Shown here piece by piece: positions 27,696 through 37,805 of a DNA stretch of 64,000 nucleotides. The notes under the pieces are model-generated. The model did no database searches and had not been told where the DNA came from. It saw only the letters and a program-made list of their open reading frames with translations. A program made the translations under genes and the position numbers. The DNA comes from Hyphomicrobiaceae bacterium (GTDB lineage: Bacteria > Pseudomonadota > Alphaproteobacteria > Rhizobiales > Hyphomicrobiaceae): positions 2,854 to 66,853 of the forward strand of contig JANNEU010000083.1 in assembly GCA_031379035.1 (NCBI GenBank), given 5' to 3'. Within the stretch, counting starts at the first letter, position 1, and every line of letters starts with the position of its first letter.

Positions 27696-28355
27696 ATGAT
27701 ACACACGCTATTTAAGACAACGCATTTCGCAGCTCTTGTTCTGAGTTCTGCACTTCTCTGTGGCCCGGCGCAGGCACAATCGTCGAACAGCGCGGCCAGC
27801 TTCCAAGGTCCATACATTGGAATATCGCCGATTTATGGATGGGCGAAGTCTAACATTACGCTGTCGCGCCCTGGGTTTGCGGACGTTAGTGGATCCAAGG
27901 ATAGCAACGGTCCGGCGATCGCTGTTTTTGCCGGCTACGATTGGCGCGTTGGTTCAGGGACGGTGTTGGGCGTGTCCGGTGATTTCGGTTTCGCAAAGTT
28001 GGGGGATTCGCGCACTGCGCCGGCTGGTACTGTTCGCGGACGGTTTGGTCAGGTCGTGGCTCCTGACGTTTTGCTTTATGCAACCGGCGGCGGAACATTT
28101 GCGCAGCAGTCGCTTTCCGGAACGCTCGGCGGTGTGGCGTACGATGTGACGCAAGTTAAAAGCGGCTTGGTTTTTGGTGGTGGGCTTGAGACCCGGACAG
28201 CTCTCGGAACTCAGCCCATCCGGCTTGGGGTCGAAGTGCTGCGGCATCACCTGAGCAAATTTGAATTTGACGCTGGCACGCGGCACCTCGCCATCGACAA
28301 TAAGGTTTGGACCCTCGGCCTGCGAGCGGCAATTCCACTAGGAGCCGGACGCTGA
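27696..28355 (+). CDS. outer-membrane beta-barrel protein (Omp25/OmpA-like small porin family)
   Basis: Signal peptide ..CGPAQAQ, an alternating beta-strand pattern, and Gly/aromatic-rich strands ([24 protein letters not shown]). Confidence 0.7.
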   Translation: MIHTLFKTTHFAALVLSSALLCGPAQAQSSNSAASFQGPYIGISPIYGWAKSNITLSRPGFADVSGSKDSNGPAIAVFAGYDWRVGSGTVLGVSGDFGFAKLGDSRTAPAGTVRGRFGQVVAPDVLLYATGGGTFAQQSLSGTLGGVAYDVTQVKSGLVFGGGLETRTALGTQPIRLGVEVLRHHLSKFEFDAGTRHLAIDNKVWTLGLRAAIPLGAGR

Positions 28356-28515
28356 CGCGCCTTTTCGTTCCAGTTCATACCTGGGCCTCTGCCAACCAGC
28401 AGGGGCCTTCTCTTCGAGCCGCAGCCTCGGCCGCAACCACCACCATGGTTGCACTTGCTTGCGCGCGCGTTCTGCCCCACAAGCGGCCTCAAATTCCTGG
28501 AGCACACGCGCGCAC

Positions 28516-29415
28516 ATGGCCATTCTTGTTGACAGCAGCACCAAGGTTCTCTGCCAAGGTATTACCGGCAGTCAGGGTACATTCCACACCAAACAGGCGA
28601 AAGCCTATGGAACACAAGTGGTTGGGGGTGTGACCCCAGGCAAAGGTGGAACAATCCATCCGGATGCAGACCTTGCTGGTGTGCCGCTGTTTAACTCGGT
28701 TGCAGAAGCCAAGGCCAAAACGGGTGCCAACGCGACCTCGATCTATGTGCCCCCTCCGTTTGCCGCTGACGCTATTCTTGAAGCGATCGACGCTGAAATT
28801 CCGCTGATCATTTGCATCACCGAAGGTATCCCGGTGATGGACATGGTGCGCGTGAAGCGGGCGCTGACAGGTTCGTGGTCACGGCTGATTGGGCCTAACT
28901 GTCCAGGCGTGCTGACACCGAACCAGTGCAAGATCGGTATCATGCCCGGCAATATCTTCCGAAAGGGCCATGTGGGCATCGTCTCGCGGTCCGGTACCTT
29001 GACGTATGAAGCGGTGAAGCAGACTTCGGACGCTGGGCTTGGCCAGTCGACAGCCGTTGGCATCGGCGGTGACCCGGTCAAGGGTACAGAGTTTATCGAT
29101 GTGCTGGAGATGTTCCTGGCAGACCCCGATACACACTCGATCATCATGATCGGCGAGATTGGGGGATCGGCGGAGGAGGACGCAGCGGCGTTTATCAAAC
29201 GGGAGCGCGCTAAGGGGCGTTCCAAGCCAATGGCCGGCTTTATCGCGGGTTCGACGGCACCTCCAGGTCGCCGCATGGGTCATGCGGGCGCGATCATCTC
29301 GGGTGGCAAGGGCAAGGCCGAAGACAAGTTCGAAGCGATGCGTCAGGCCGGCATTGCAATTGCCGATAGCCCAGCGAGCCTCGGCACGACATTGGCAAAG
29401 GTGCTGAAGGGTTAG
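28516..29415 (+). CDS. sucD: succinate--CoA ligase subunit alpha
   Basis: [33 protein letters not shown] and [10 protein letters not shown]. Confidence 0.93.
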   Translation: MAILVDSSTKVLCQGITGSQGTFHTKQAKAYGTQVVGGVTPGKGGTIHPDADLAGVPLFNSVAEAKAKTGANATSIYVPPPFAADAILEAIDAEIPLIICITEGIPVMDMVRVKRALTGSWSRLIGPNCPGVLTPNQCKIGIMPGNIFRKGHVGIVSRSGTLTYEAVKQTSDAGLGQSTAVGIGGDPVKGTEFIDVLEMFLADPDTHSIIMIGEIGGSAEEDAAAFIKRERAKGRSKPMAGFIAGSTAPPGRRMGHAGAIISGGKGKAEDKFEAMRQAGIAIADSPASLGTTLAKVLKG

Positions 29416-29480
29416 GCGTTTCGCTATCCTCTGCGTTCGATTGCGTTTTGTGCGCGTTGCGCTCAGCGGAGCCCCTCAAG

Positions 29481-30095
29481 ATGCAGCGCTTACGAGTTAT
29501 TCTTGGGATTGGACTGGCCGGCGTAACGCTGATTGCGGACCTGCGCCCAGGTCGCGCTGCAGAGCCGTGCGTGGATGGCGGGAAGATCGCAACGGTTGCC
29601 GAATTCAGTGACGGCAGCACCCTTCGCATTTTGGACCGGACTGCTGATACCTTGCGCTACGAGGTGGCAGGTTCAAAGGCTGGGAAATCGACCGTGACCG
29701 TGAAGAATGGGTTTTTCACCCTCTCCACTGAGACCGGTGCAGAGTCGAATACGTTCCAATGGCAAGGTGACCTCGATGGTATCGTTGCGCTCAAGGAGGG
29801 TGCGAAACATCGGGCCTCGGCCGTCATCAAAAGGGGCGACGGGGCGGAGGCCCAGGTGGAGGCCGAAATCGCTATTGGGCCGTCGGAGGTAATCACTGTT
29901 GAGGGCTGTCCTTATCCGACTGTTCAGGTGACGGTTGTTAACGAGGTCAAGAGCGCAAAGTCGGTTGGAAAGTCGATGGTGCTGCGGTCTTATCACGCAA
30001 AATCGATGCTCACGCTGCGGACGGTGGTTTTCCGATTTTTGGAAAGCGGTGCGCCAGAGGTGCTTGCAACGTACAATGCTGTCTCGCTGAAATAG
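29481..30095 (+). CDS. secreted hypothetical protein between sucD and sucA
   Basis: MQRLRVILGIGLAGVTLIADLRPGRAAE signal-like N-terminus. No recognised domain. Confidence 0.5.
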   Translation: MQRLRVILGIGLAGVTLIADLRPGRAAEPCVDGGKIATVAEFSDGSTLRILDRTADTLRYEVAGSKAGKSTVTVKNGFFTLSTETGAESNTFQWQGDLDGIVALKEGAKHRASAVIKRGDGAEAQVEAEIAIGPSEVITVEGCPYPTVQVTVVNEVKSAKSVGKSMVLRSYHAKSMLTLRTVVFRFLESGAPEVLATYNAVSLK

Positions 30096-30128
30096 GTTAC
30101 TCGGATTTTAACCTTTCCGGACGACTCT

Positions 30129-30158
30129 TTGCACACGTCAGGCGGGAAGTGGTATAAT
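30129..30158 (+). promoter_or_regulatory. sigma70-like promoter candidate upstream of sucA
   Basis: TTGCAC, an 18-nt spacer, then TATAAT. It would give a leader of about 245 nt. Confidence 0.3.
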
Positions 30159-30411
30159 AATACAAGTCAATCGCCCGTAGGCAGGTTTTGCTGCGGTCAC
30201 CTGCCTCCGAAAGTTGCAATACTGCGACTCCGGGGATGTTCTTTGACCATCGTCGGGCCTACCTGTGCGCCCCAGTATGGTTTATGGAAACGCCGACAAA
30301 TCGGCCTAACTTCCGCCCGGCACTCCCCGCACACCCTTTGCACCCCAGACACATACCTTTGCGCGCACTTCGAAGCCCACAGAGGCGCAGCGCCCCGAAC
30401 GAGAGCCCCTG

Positions 30412-33363
30412 ATGTCCCGCGAGCCAAAGAATACCGCCTTCGCCCAATCGTCGTTCCTTGATGGAACGAATGCCGCCTACATCGAGCAGATGCAGTCGAT
30501 CTATGACCGCAACCCTGGCGCGGTGCCGGAGGAATGGCGGCGGTTTTTCGAAAGCATGCAAGATCCGGAAGCTGGCCATGGGCCTTCGTGGGCGCGGAAG
30601 CCCAACGGCAGTGCTCAGGACAAGGATCTGCTAGGGGCGTTGACAGGCGACTATGGGCCGAACGAGGCTGAATTGCGTGGGCGGATCGAGAATAGGGCAC
30701 AGCAGGCAGGCTATGACCTGACGCCGGTCGCCAGCTTCCGAGCGACGCAGGACAGCATTCGTGCGCTGATGCTGATCCGCGCTTATCGCGTGATGGGGCA
30801 TTTGATCGCTGATCTGGACCCGCTCGATCTGACCGAACGTAAGGTCCACAAGGAACTGAAGCCGGAGACGTATGGTTTCACTGACGCTGATCTCGACCGG
30901 CCGATCTTCATCGACAAGGTGCTTGGCCTTGAGATGGCGACGGTGCGCCAGATCCTCAAAATTTTGAAGCGCACGTACTGCCGGCATATCGGCGTCGAAT
31001 TCATGCACATCACGTCGCCGGCGCAGAAGGCGTGGATCCAGGAGCGCATCGAGGGTGCCGACAAAGACGTTGTATTCACGGCCGAGGGCAAGAAGGCCAT
31101 CCTCAACAAACTGATCGAGGCCGAAGGCTTCGAGAAATTCGCGGATGTGAAGTACACCGGCACCAAGCGCTTCGGGCTTGAGGGTGCGGAGTCGATGGTG
31201 CCGGCGCTCGAACAAATCATCAAGCGCGGCGGGCAGCTCGGCGTGAAGGAGATCGTGATCGGCATGGCCCATCGCGGGCGGCTTAATACGCTCGCCAACG
31301 TAATGTCGAAGCCACTGCGCGCGATCTTCAATGAGTTTCGCGGTGGTTCGTTCAAGCCCGATGACGTCGAAGGTTCCGGCGATGTTAAGTACCACCTCGG
31401 GGCTTCTTCGGACCGCGAGTTTGACGGCAACAAGGTGCACCTGTCGCTGACGGCGAACCCGTCGCATCTCGAAATCGTTGATCCGGTGGTGCTGGGCAAA
31501 GTGCGCGCTAAGCAAGATCAGCATGGCTGCCTGCCGAATGACCGGCGCGCGGTGCTGCCGCTGCTGATCCATGGTGATGCGGCGTTTGCTGGCCAGGGCG
31601 TGGTGCCTGAGTGCCTGGGCCTCTCGGGATTGCGTGGTCACCGGACGGGCGGGTCGATCCACTTCGTCATCAACAACCAGATCGGGTTCACGACTAACCC
31701 AAAATTCTCGCGCTCGTCACCCTACTGCACCGACGTCGCAAAGATGGTCGAAGCACCGATCTTCCACGTGAATGGGGATGATCCGGAAGCAGTGGTGCAT
31801 GTCGCAAAGATTGCGACCGAGTTCCGCATGAAATTCCAGAAACCTGTGGTGATCGATCTGATCTGCTATCGACGCCACGGGCACAACGAGGGCGATGAGC
31901 CGGCATTCACGCAGCCGCTGATGTATCGCAAGATCAAGGCGCAGCCGACGACGGTGACGCTGTATTCGAAGAAGCTGGTCGATGAAGGCACGATGACGGC
32001 GGCGGACGTAGAGGGCATGCAAGCCCGCTTTCGTGCGACGCTCGATGAGGAGCTTACGGCATCAGAAGGCTACAAGCCGAACAAGGCGGATTGGCTGGAT
32101 GGCCGCTGGTCAACGGTCGGCAAGGACGAGGACGAGGAGCGGCGCGGCAATACAGGCGTTGCAGTCGATGTGTTGAAGGACGTGGGCCGACGGCTGACGG
32201 CCATTCCCAACGACTTTAACGCGCACAAGACGATCACGCGCCTGATCGAACGGCGCCGAGAGATGGTCGAAACGGGCCAGGGTATCGACTGGGCGATGGC
32301 GGAACATCTGGCGTTCGGCACACTGGTACGTGAGAAGTTTCACGTACGGCTGTCAGGTCAAGATAGTGAGCGGGGCACGTTCTCGCAGCGGCACTCGGTG
32401 CTGACCGATCAGGAGACCGAGCGCCACTACACGCCGCTAAAGCACGTGTCGCCGGATCAGGCGCGCTTCGAAGTCATCAACTCGATGCTGTCGGAAGAGG
32501 CGGTGCTTGGCTTCGAGTACGGCTATTCGCTGGCCGAACCGATGTCGCTGGTACTGTGGGAAGCGCAGTTTGGTGATTTTGCGAACGGCGCGCAGGTGAT
32601 CTTCGATCAGTTCCTCTCATCTGGCGAGCGCAAGTGGCTGCGGATGAGCGGTCTCGTGTGTCTCCTGCCGCATGGCTATGAGGGTCAGGGACCGGAGCAT
32701 TCGTCGGCGCGGCTTGAGCGCTTCTTGCAGTTGTCGGCGGAAGACAACTGGCAGGTGGCGAACTGCACGACGCCGTCGAACTACTTCCACATTCTGCGCC
32801 GCCAGCTGCAGCGCAAAGTGCGCAAACCGCTGATCCTGATGACGCCGAAGTCGCTGCTGCGGCATAAGCGGGTGACGTCAACGATTGGAGAGTTTGCGAC
32901 AGGGACCAGCTTCCATCGCCTGCTGTGGGACGACGCCCAGTCGCGCTCGGCGGAGCAGAGGGCTGGTGAGAAGATCACACTCAAGCCGGATGCTGGCATG
33001 CGCCGTGTCGTACTGTGCTCGGGCAAGGTCTACTACGATCTCTATGAGGCGCGCGAAGCCGCTGGCATGGACGATGTCTATCTGCTGCGGGTTGAGCAAC
33101 TGTATCCGTTCCCCCTCAAAGCGCTCGTCGCTGAGCTCACGCGCTTTTCGAACGCGGATATCGTCTGGTGCCAGGAAGAGCCGCAAAACATGGGCGCGTG
33201 GTCGTTCGTGGCACCGCAGCTTGAGTGGGTGCTGGAGCGTGCGCCGACCAAATCGAAACGCGCGAGCTATGCCGGACGGCATGCCTCGGCTTCCACTGCC
33301 ACCGGCCAAGCCAGCCGCCATGCGGCTGAACAAAAGGCGCTGATTGAGCAGGCGTTGAAATGA
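30412..33363 (+). CDS. sucA: 2-oxoglutarate dehydrogenase E1 component
   Basis: 983 aa with typical E1o sequence throughout (FLDGTNAAYIEQM, GMAHRGRLN, LLPHGYEGQGPEHSS). Confidence 0.97.
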   Translation: MSREPKNTAFAQSSFLDGTNAAYIEQMQSIYDRNPGAVPEEWRRFFESMQDPEAGHGPSWARKPNGSAQDKDLLGALTGDYGPNEAELRGRIENRAQQAGYDLTPVASFRATQDSIRALMLIRAYRVMGHLIADLDPLDLTERKVHKELKPETYGFTDADLDRPIFIDKVLGLEMATVRQILKILKRTYCRHIGVEFMHITSPAQKAWIQERIEGADKDVVFTAEGKKAILNKLIEAEGFEKFADVKYTGTKRFGLEGAESMVPALEQIIKRGGQLGVKEIVIGMAHRGRLNTLANVMSKPLRAIFNEFRGGSFKPDDVEGSGDVKYHLGASSDREFDGNKVHLSLTANPSHLEIVDPVVLGKVRAKQDQHGCLPNDRRAVLPLLIHGDAAFAGQGVVPECLGLSGLRGHRTGGSIHFVINNQIGFTTNPKFSRSSPYCTDVAKMVEAPIFHVNGDDPEAVVHVAKIATEFRMKFQKPVVIDLICYRRHGHNEGDEPAFTQPLMYRKIKAQPTTVTLYSKKLVDEGTMTAADVEGMQARFRATLDEELTASEGYKPNKADWLDGRWSTVGKDEDEERRGNTGVAVDVLKDVGRRLTAIPNDFNAHKTITRLIERRREMVETGQGIDWAMAEHLAFGTLVREKFHVRLSGQDSERGTFSQRHSVLTDQETERHYTPLKHVSPDQARFEVINSMLSEEAVLGFEYGYSLAEPMSLVLWEAQFGDFANGAQVIFDQFLSSGERKWLRMSGLVCLLPHGYEGQGPEHSSARLERFLQLSAEDNWQVANCTTPSNYFHILRRQLQRKVRKPLILMTPKSLLRHKRVTSTIGEFATGTSFHRLLWDDAQSRSAEQRAGEKITLKPDAGMRRVVLCSGKVYYDLYEAREAAGMDDVYLLRVEQLYPFPLKALVAELTRFSNADIVWCQEEPQNMGAWSFVAPQLEWVLERAPTKSKRASYAGRHASASTATGQASRHAAEQKALIEQALK

Positions 33364-33371
33364 GTGCGTAG

Positions 33372-33443
33372 TCCGTGGTGCTTAGTGCGTAGTGCCGGGG
33401 AACGAACCTTGGCGCGCGTGAGCTACGGACTAAGCACTACGGG
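33372..33443. repeat. imperfect 21-bp-arm palindrome in the sucA-sucB spacer
   Basis: tccgtggtgcttagtgcgtag pairs with ctacggactaagcactacggg (18/21), with a 30-nt loop. It is built from TAGTGC/TAGTCC-like words. Confidence 0.5.
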
Positions 33444-33472
33444 CTAAGAACTCCTTTTCTTGAGACATCTCC

Positions 33473-34735
33473 ATGACCATTGAAATTAAAGTGCCACCGC
33501 TGGGCGAGAGCGTGACGGAAGCGACTGTCGGCAAATGGTTCAAAAAGGCCGGCGACGCCGTAAAGGTCGATGAGCCGTTGTGCGAGCTGGAGACGGACAA
33601 GGTGACGGTTGAAGTGCCGGCACCGGTGTCGGGGATGCTGGCGGCGATCAACGTCGAACAGGGCGCGACGATTGGGGTGGGTGGCGTGCTGGGTTCGATC
33701 CGTGAAGGCGCGAGTGGCGCTGCGACGGCCGCACCACTGGCAGCGGCTCCGGCTAAGGCTGCCGTACCTGCGGCCGTCGCCGCTGCTGCTTCGTCTATGC
33801 CGCCAGCGCCCGCTGCGCGCCGCATGATGGACGAGATCGGCATCACCACGGCTGATGTCGCAGGTTCCGGACGACGCGGGCAGGTGCTGAAGGAAGACGT
33901 GATGGCGGTGGCGCGCGGCTCGGGCGCGGCGGGCGTATCGGCACCAACTGCGTCGATGCCAGTGGCCTACGCGCCGCCGCCGATGCCGGCCGCGGCACCT
34001 GCGGCATCGCGCATGCCGTCGATTGGGACAGATGGTGCGCGCGAGGAGCGGGTTAAGATGACCCGCTTGCGCCAAACGATCGCGCGGCGCCTGAAGGACG
34101 CGCAGAACAATGCGGCCATGCTGACGACGTTCAACGACGTCGACATGAGCAACGTCATGAAGCTGCGCGCCGACTACAAGGAGCTGTTCGAGAAGCGGCA
34201 TGGCACGAAACTGGGCTTCATGGGCTTCTTTGTGAAAGCTTGCATTCAGGCGCTGAAGGAAATCCCGGCGGTGAATGCCGAGATCGACGGCCAGGACATT
34301 ATCTACAAGAACTACTATCACGTCGGCGTGGCGGTCGGCACGGACAAGGGCTTGGTGGTGCCGGTCGTGCGCGAGGCGGATCATCTCAACCTCGCCGAGA
34401 TTGAGAAAACCATTGCCGGCTTCGGCAAACGCGCGCGCGACGGCAAGCTCACCATCGAAGAGATGCAGGGTGGCACCTTCACGATCTCGAACGGCGGCAC
34501 CTATGGCTCGATGATGTCGACGCCGATTTTGAATGCGCCGCAGTCCGGCATTCTGGGGATGCACCGCATCGAGGACCGTCCCGTCGTGCGCAATGGGCAG
34601 ATCGTCATCCGCCCGATGATGTATCTGGCGCTCAGCTACGATCACCGTATTGTGGATGGCAAGGACGCGGTCACCTTCCTGGTGCGCGTCAAAGAGTGCC
34701 TGGAAGATCCACAGCGGTTTGTGCTGGAGCTTTGA
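33473..34735 (+). CDS. sucB: dihydrolipoyllysine-residue succinyltransferase (E2o)
   Basis: Lipoyl motif [11 protein letters not shown], an Ala/Pro linker, and the catalytic DHRIVDG. Confidence 0.95.
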   Translation: MTIEIKVPPLGESVTEATVGKWFKKAGDAVKVDEPLCELETDKVTVEVPAPVSGMLAAINVEQGATIGVGGVLGSIREGASGAATAAPLAAAPAKAAVPAAVAAAASSMPPAPAARRMMDEIGITTADVAGSGRRGQVLKEDVMAVARGSGAAGVSAPTASMPVAYAPPPMPAAAPAASRMPSIGTDGAREERVKMTRLRQTIARRLKDAQNNAAMLTTFNDVDMSNVMKLRADYKELFEKRHGTKLGFMGFFVKACIQALKEIPAVNAEIDGQDIIYKNYYHVGVAVGTDKGLVVPVVREADHLNLAEIEKTIAGFGKRARDGKLTIEEMQGGTFTISNGGTYGSMMSTPILNAPQSGILGMHRIEDRPVVRNGQIVIRPMMYLALSYDHRIVDGKDAVTFLVRVKECLEDPQRFVLEL

Positions 34736-34745
34736 GGACCGACCG

Positions 34746-35144
34746 ATGGCCGATGACGAAGCGGATCCTCGTTTTGAGAGACTGATTGGCTTCCTCAGGC
34801 GCATTCCGGCGATTGAAGACGGCATCGGTTGTGGCGCGTTCGACGATCAGCGCTGGTGGGTCAAGTTTTCGATCGACATAGAGCATGCGTTAGCATGGCA
34901 AGTTGTGCAGGAGCTTGGCCACGTCCTGAACTATGTGTCGCTAGACGAACGTTTGCCGACGGCCTTCATGCCGGTGTCGCCACCGCCTTACATGAACGGT
35001 GGACCACGCGCGTATCTTGCGTGGGTGATCGAAACGAAGGACCTCGAATTCACACCAGATCAGACCGCTGAATGGCTTGAGAGCCGGTTGCCGCGTCCCG
35101 TTGACGATCCGACACATTGGAGCCGTGGTAATGACGACGACTGA
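34746..35144 (+). CDS. hypothetical protein between sucB and lpdA
   Basis: 133-aa ORF (MADDEADPRFERLIGFLRRIP...). No recognised domain. Confidence 0.5.
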   Translation: MADDEADPRFERLIGFLRRIPAIEDGIGCGAFDDQRWWVKFSIDIEHALAWQVVQELGHVLNYVSLDERLPTAFMPVSPPPYMNGGPRAYLAWVIETKDLEFTPDQTAEWLESRLPRPVDDPTHWSRGNDDD

Positions 35145-35156
35145 GGCACGTGGTCG

Positions 35157-35196
35157 AAAAAAATCCCCTGGAGCAAGGGGGGTGGAGCTCCAGGGG
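35157..35196 (-). terminator. canonical hairpin plus U7 oriented on the minus strand, with no annotated minus-strand gene upstream
   Basis: Minus strand reads cccctggagc tccacccccctt gctccagggg a ttttttt (10-bp perfect stem). Confidence 0.4.
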
Positions 35197-35404
35197 TGAC
35201 GCTGACAAGACCCTTGAGGCAACACGGTCAATTGGGGAAGACAGTGCGCAGATCATTGGGCGTTGACGAGGTCTTACGTTAGGCTCGCACTGATGAGAAC
35301 CACGTGCGGGGAATAGCTGTTTTATTGTAATGCAAACAATCCGCATCCTGACGGATATCCGCGGCGCAGATGCCCGCTCCCGTTGATGAGCCCTGAGGAC
35401 GACT

Positions 35405-36832
35405 ATGACCGCCACATTGCCTGTAACAACCTTGGCAAGCTACGACCTGATCGTGATCGGCACGGGGCCGGGCGGCTATGTGTGCGCCATTCGTGCGGCT
35501 CAGCTGGGCCTGAAAGTTGCCGTCGTCGAGAAGCGCACGACGCACGGTGGTACCTGCCTTAACGTCGGCTGCATACCTTCTAAGGCACTTTTGCATGCCT
35601 CAGAGCTGTTCGATGAAGCCGGCCACGGCTTCGCCGGCATGGGCATCAATGTGAAGCCGGAACTCGATCTCGCAAAGATGCTCGCCTACAAGGACGACGG
35701 CGTGAAGGGCAATGTGGCCGGCGTCGAGTTCCTGCTGAAGAAGAACAAGGTCGATGTGCATTTCGGTACCGGCCGGGTGAAGGCTGCCGGCACTGTCGAA
35801 GTGACAACGGTGGCTGGTGAGACCAAGTCATTGGCGACCAAGAGCATCGTTATTGCCACCGGTTCGGACATCGCCCGGTTGCCGGGCATTGAGATCGACG
35901 AGAAGCAGGTCGTGTCCTCGACCGGTGCGCTCACGCTTGATCGCGTGCCCGCGAAAATGCTGGTCGTCGGGGCGGGTGTGATCGGGCTTGAACTCGGCTC
36001 CGTGTGGCGCCGGCTCGGGGCTGAGGTAACAGTTGTTGAATATCTCGACCGCATTCTGCCGGGCATGGACAGCGACGTTGCGAAGAGCTTCCAGCGCATT
36101 CTCGCCAAGCAGGGCATAGCGTTCAAGCTCGCCTCGAAGGTGACGGCGCTCACCAAGGATGCCAGCGGCTGCACTGTGAAGATCGAACCGGCAGCGGGCG
36201 GCGTGGCAGAGACCGCGTTTGCCGATGTGGTGCTCGTCTGTATCGGCCGGGTGCCTTACACGGAAGGGCTGGGCCTTGAGGCTGCAGGTGTCGCGGTTGA
36301 TACCAAGAAGCGCGTGGTCGTCGATGCGCACTACATGACGAATGTGCCGGGCATCTACGCCATCGGTGATGTCATCGCCGGGCCGATGCTGGCGCACAAG
36401 GCAGAAGACGAGGGCGTGGCCGTTGCCGAAATTCTGGCGGGTCAGGCGGGGCACGTGAACTACGACGTGATTCCGAACGTCATCTACACCGCGCCTGAAG
36501 TTGCCACCGTCGGCAAGAGTGAAGATGAGCTGAAAATGGCGGGCATTGCCTACAACGTCGGCAAGTTCCCGTTCATGGCCAACGGCCGCGCTAAGGTGAA
36601 CCGTACCACGGATGGCTTCGTGAAGGTGCTGGCGGATGCGGCGACCGACCGCGTGCTGGGTGTACATATTATCGGTCCGCACGCCGGCGAGATGATCGGG
36701 GAATGCTCAGTGATCATGGAGTTCGGCGGTAGCGCGGAAGATCTCGCTCGCACCTGCCACGCTCATCCGACGCTGACCGAAGCGATCAAAGAAGCCGCCA
36801 TGGCGGTCGACAAGCGGGCCGTGCATATGTGA
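35405..36832 (+). CDS. lpdA: dihydrolipoyl dehydrogenase (E3)
   Basis: [20 protein letters not shown], the redox-active [13 protein letters not shown], and C-terminal HAHPTLTE. Confidence 0.95.
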   Translation: MTATLPVTTLASYDLIVIGTGPGGYVCAIRAAQLGLKVAVVEKRTTHGGTCLNVGCIPSKALLHASELFDEAGHGFAGMGINVKPELDLAKMLAYKDDGVKGNVAGVEFLLKKNKVDVHFGTGRVKAAGTVEVTTVAGETKSLATKSIVIATGSDIARLPGIEIDEKQVVSSTGALTLDRVPAKMLVVGAGVIGLELGSVWRRLGAEVTVVEYLDRILPGMDSDVAKSFQRILAKQGIAFKLASKVTALTKDASGCTVKIEPAAGGVAETAFADVVLVCIGRVPYTEGLGLEAAGVAVDTKKRVVVDAHYMTNVPGIYAIGDVIAGPMLAHKAEDEGVAVAEILAGQAGHVNYDVIPNVIYTAPEVATVGKSEDELKMAGIAYNVGKFPFMANGRAKVNRTTDGFVKVLADAATDRVLGVHIIGPHAGEMIGECSVIMEFGGSAEDLARTCHAHPTLTEAIKEAAMAVDKRAVHM

Positions 36833-36844
36833 AGGACTGGAACC

Positions 36845-37591
36845 TCACTTCTTCAATCGCTTTTCCTGCATGATCTCCAGCTGCATGCGTTGGATTTCGG
36901 CGAGGCGTTGCCATTGCTTGGAGATCAGGTGGTCGAGCTTTTCGTGCAGGTGGCGGATTTCGAGCTCGGCTTTAAGATTGACTCGATAGTCGTTCAACGC
37001 GCGGAGCCGATCTTTCGCCTCCTGACGCTTCTGGCTCATCATGATGATCGGTGCCTGGATGGCCGCGAGGCAGGACAGGATCAGATTGAGCAGGATGAAC
37101 GGATAGGTGTCGAAAGCCCGCTTTTCGCCCATGGCGAGATTGATGGCGATCCAGACGGCGAGAATGGCCGCGAAAGTGATCAGAAAAGCCCAGCTGCCGC
37201 CGAAGGTTGCGAGGTGATCTGAAAGACGCTGGCCGAATGTGCGATCTTCCTGGAAATCGTCTTCGACGTTTTCGGCGATGGTGTCGTGATTGGCGATGCT
37301 TTCGGCGACTTGCCGTTCGAGTTCGGTGAACTCACCGTGCTCGTTTTCGAGCAACTCTTCGACGTACTTCATGCGGTAGCGGGCTAATGTAATCGTGCTG
37401 ATCAACGCCTCTCCCTGCAATGCCGGATGATCTTTGCGAATATGGTCGGCGAGGCTTGGGCGCACGGCATCCAGAGGCACGAGGTCGCGTTTGCGGGTCG
37501 GCAGACCCGATACAGCGCAGACATGCTTCGACGTTTCCTGCTCATGATGCGGCGCGGCAACAGGTGTGTCTTGAGCAGTCGTGTCTGTCAT
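36845..37591 (-). CDS. DUF1003-family membrane protein
   Basis: FGGSWAFLITFAAILAVWIAINL...YPFILLNLILSCLAAIQAPIIMMSQKRQ plus a C-terminal coiled coil. ATG at 37591. Confidence 0.7.
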   Translation of the reverse strand: MTDTTAQDTPVAAPHHEQETSKHVCAVSGLPTRKRDLVPLDAVRPSLADHIRKDHPALQGEALISTITLARYRMKYVEELLENEHGEFTELERQVAESIANHDTIAENVEDDFQEDRTFGQRLSDHLATFGGSWAFLITFAAILAVWIAINLAMGEKRAFDTYPFILLNLILSCLAAIQAPIIMMSQKRQEAKDRLRALNDYRVNLKAELEIRHLHEKLDHLISKQWQRLAEIQRMQLEIMQEKRLKK

Positions 37592-37805
37592 GATGATCTT
37601 CCGGGAAAAGCCGCCGCCGCTCATGAAGCGTTGGGCGTCTTTAGCTTTGCAGTGGACAGGGCGCAAAGGGTTGCGACGCAACGATGACGTATTTTTGCAA
37701 TCGCGATACTATCATAGGTGGGCTGGATTCGCCCTGTCGCATCGCCGCCATGTTTTCGCCGCACAGCGAACGGTGTCGCGCGATGCGCAGACGGGGACAG
37801 GAGCC

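Noticed and set aside
28356-28515. Remnant of sucC upstream of sucD
   Set aside because: I translated the spacer in the three forward frames and found nothing resembling a SucC C-terminus.
33437-34825. 462-aa minus-strand ORF
   Set aside because: It is antisense to sucB and has a low-complexity Arg/His-rich translation.
35050-35415. 121-aa minus-strand ORF as the gene served by the orphan terminator
   Set aside because: The translation is Arg/Cys/Ser-rich and overlaps the end of the 34746 ORF and the lpdA start. It looks non-coding, so the terminator is reported as a possible sRNA end instead.
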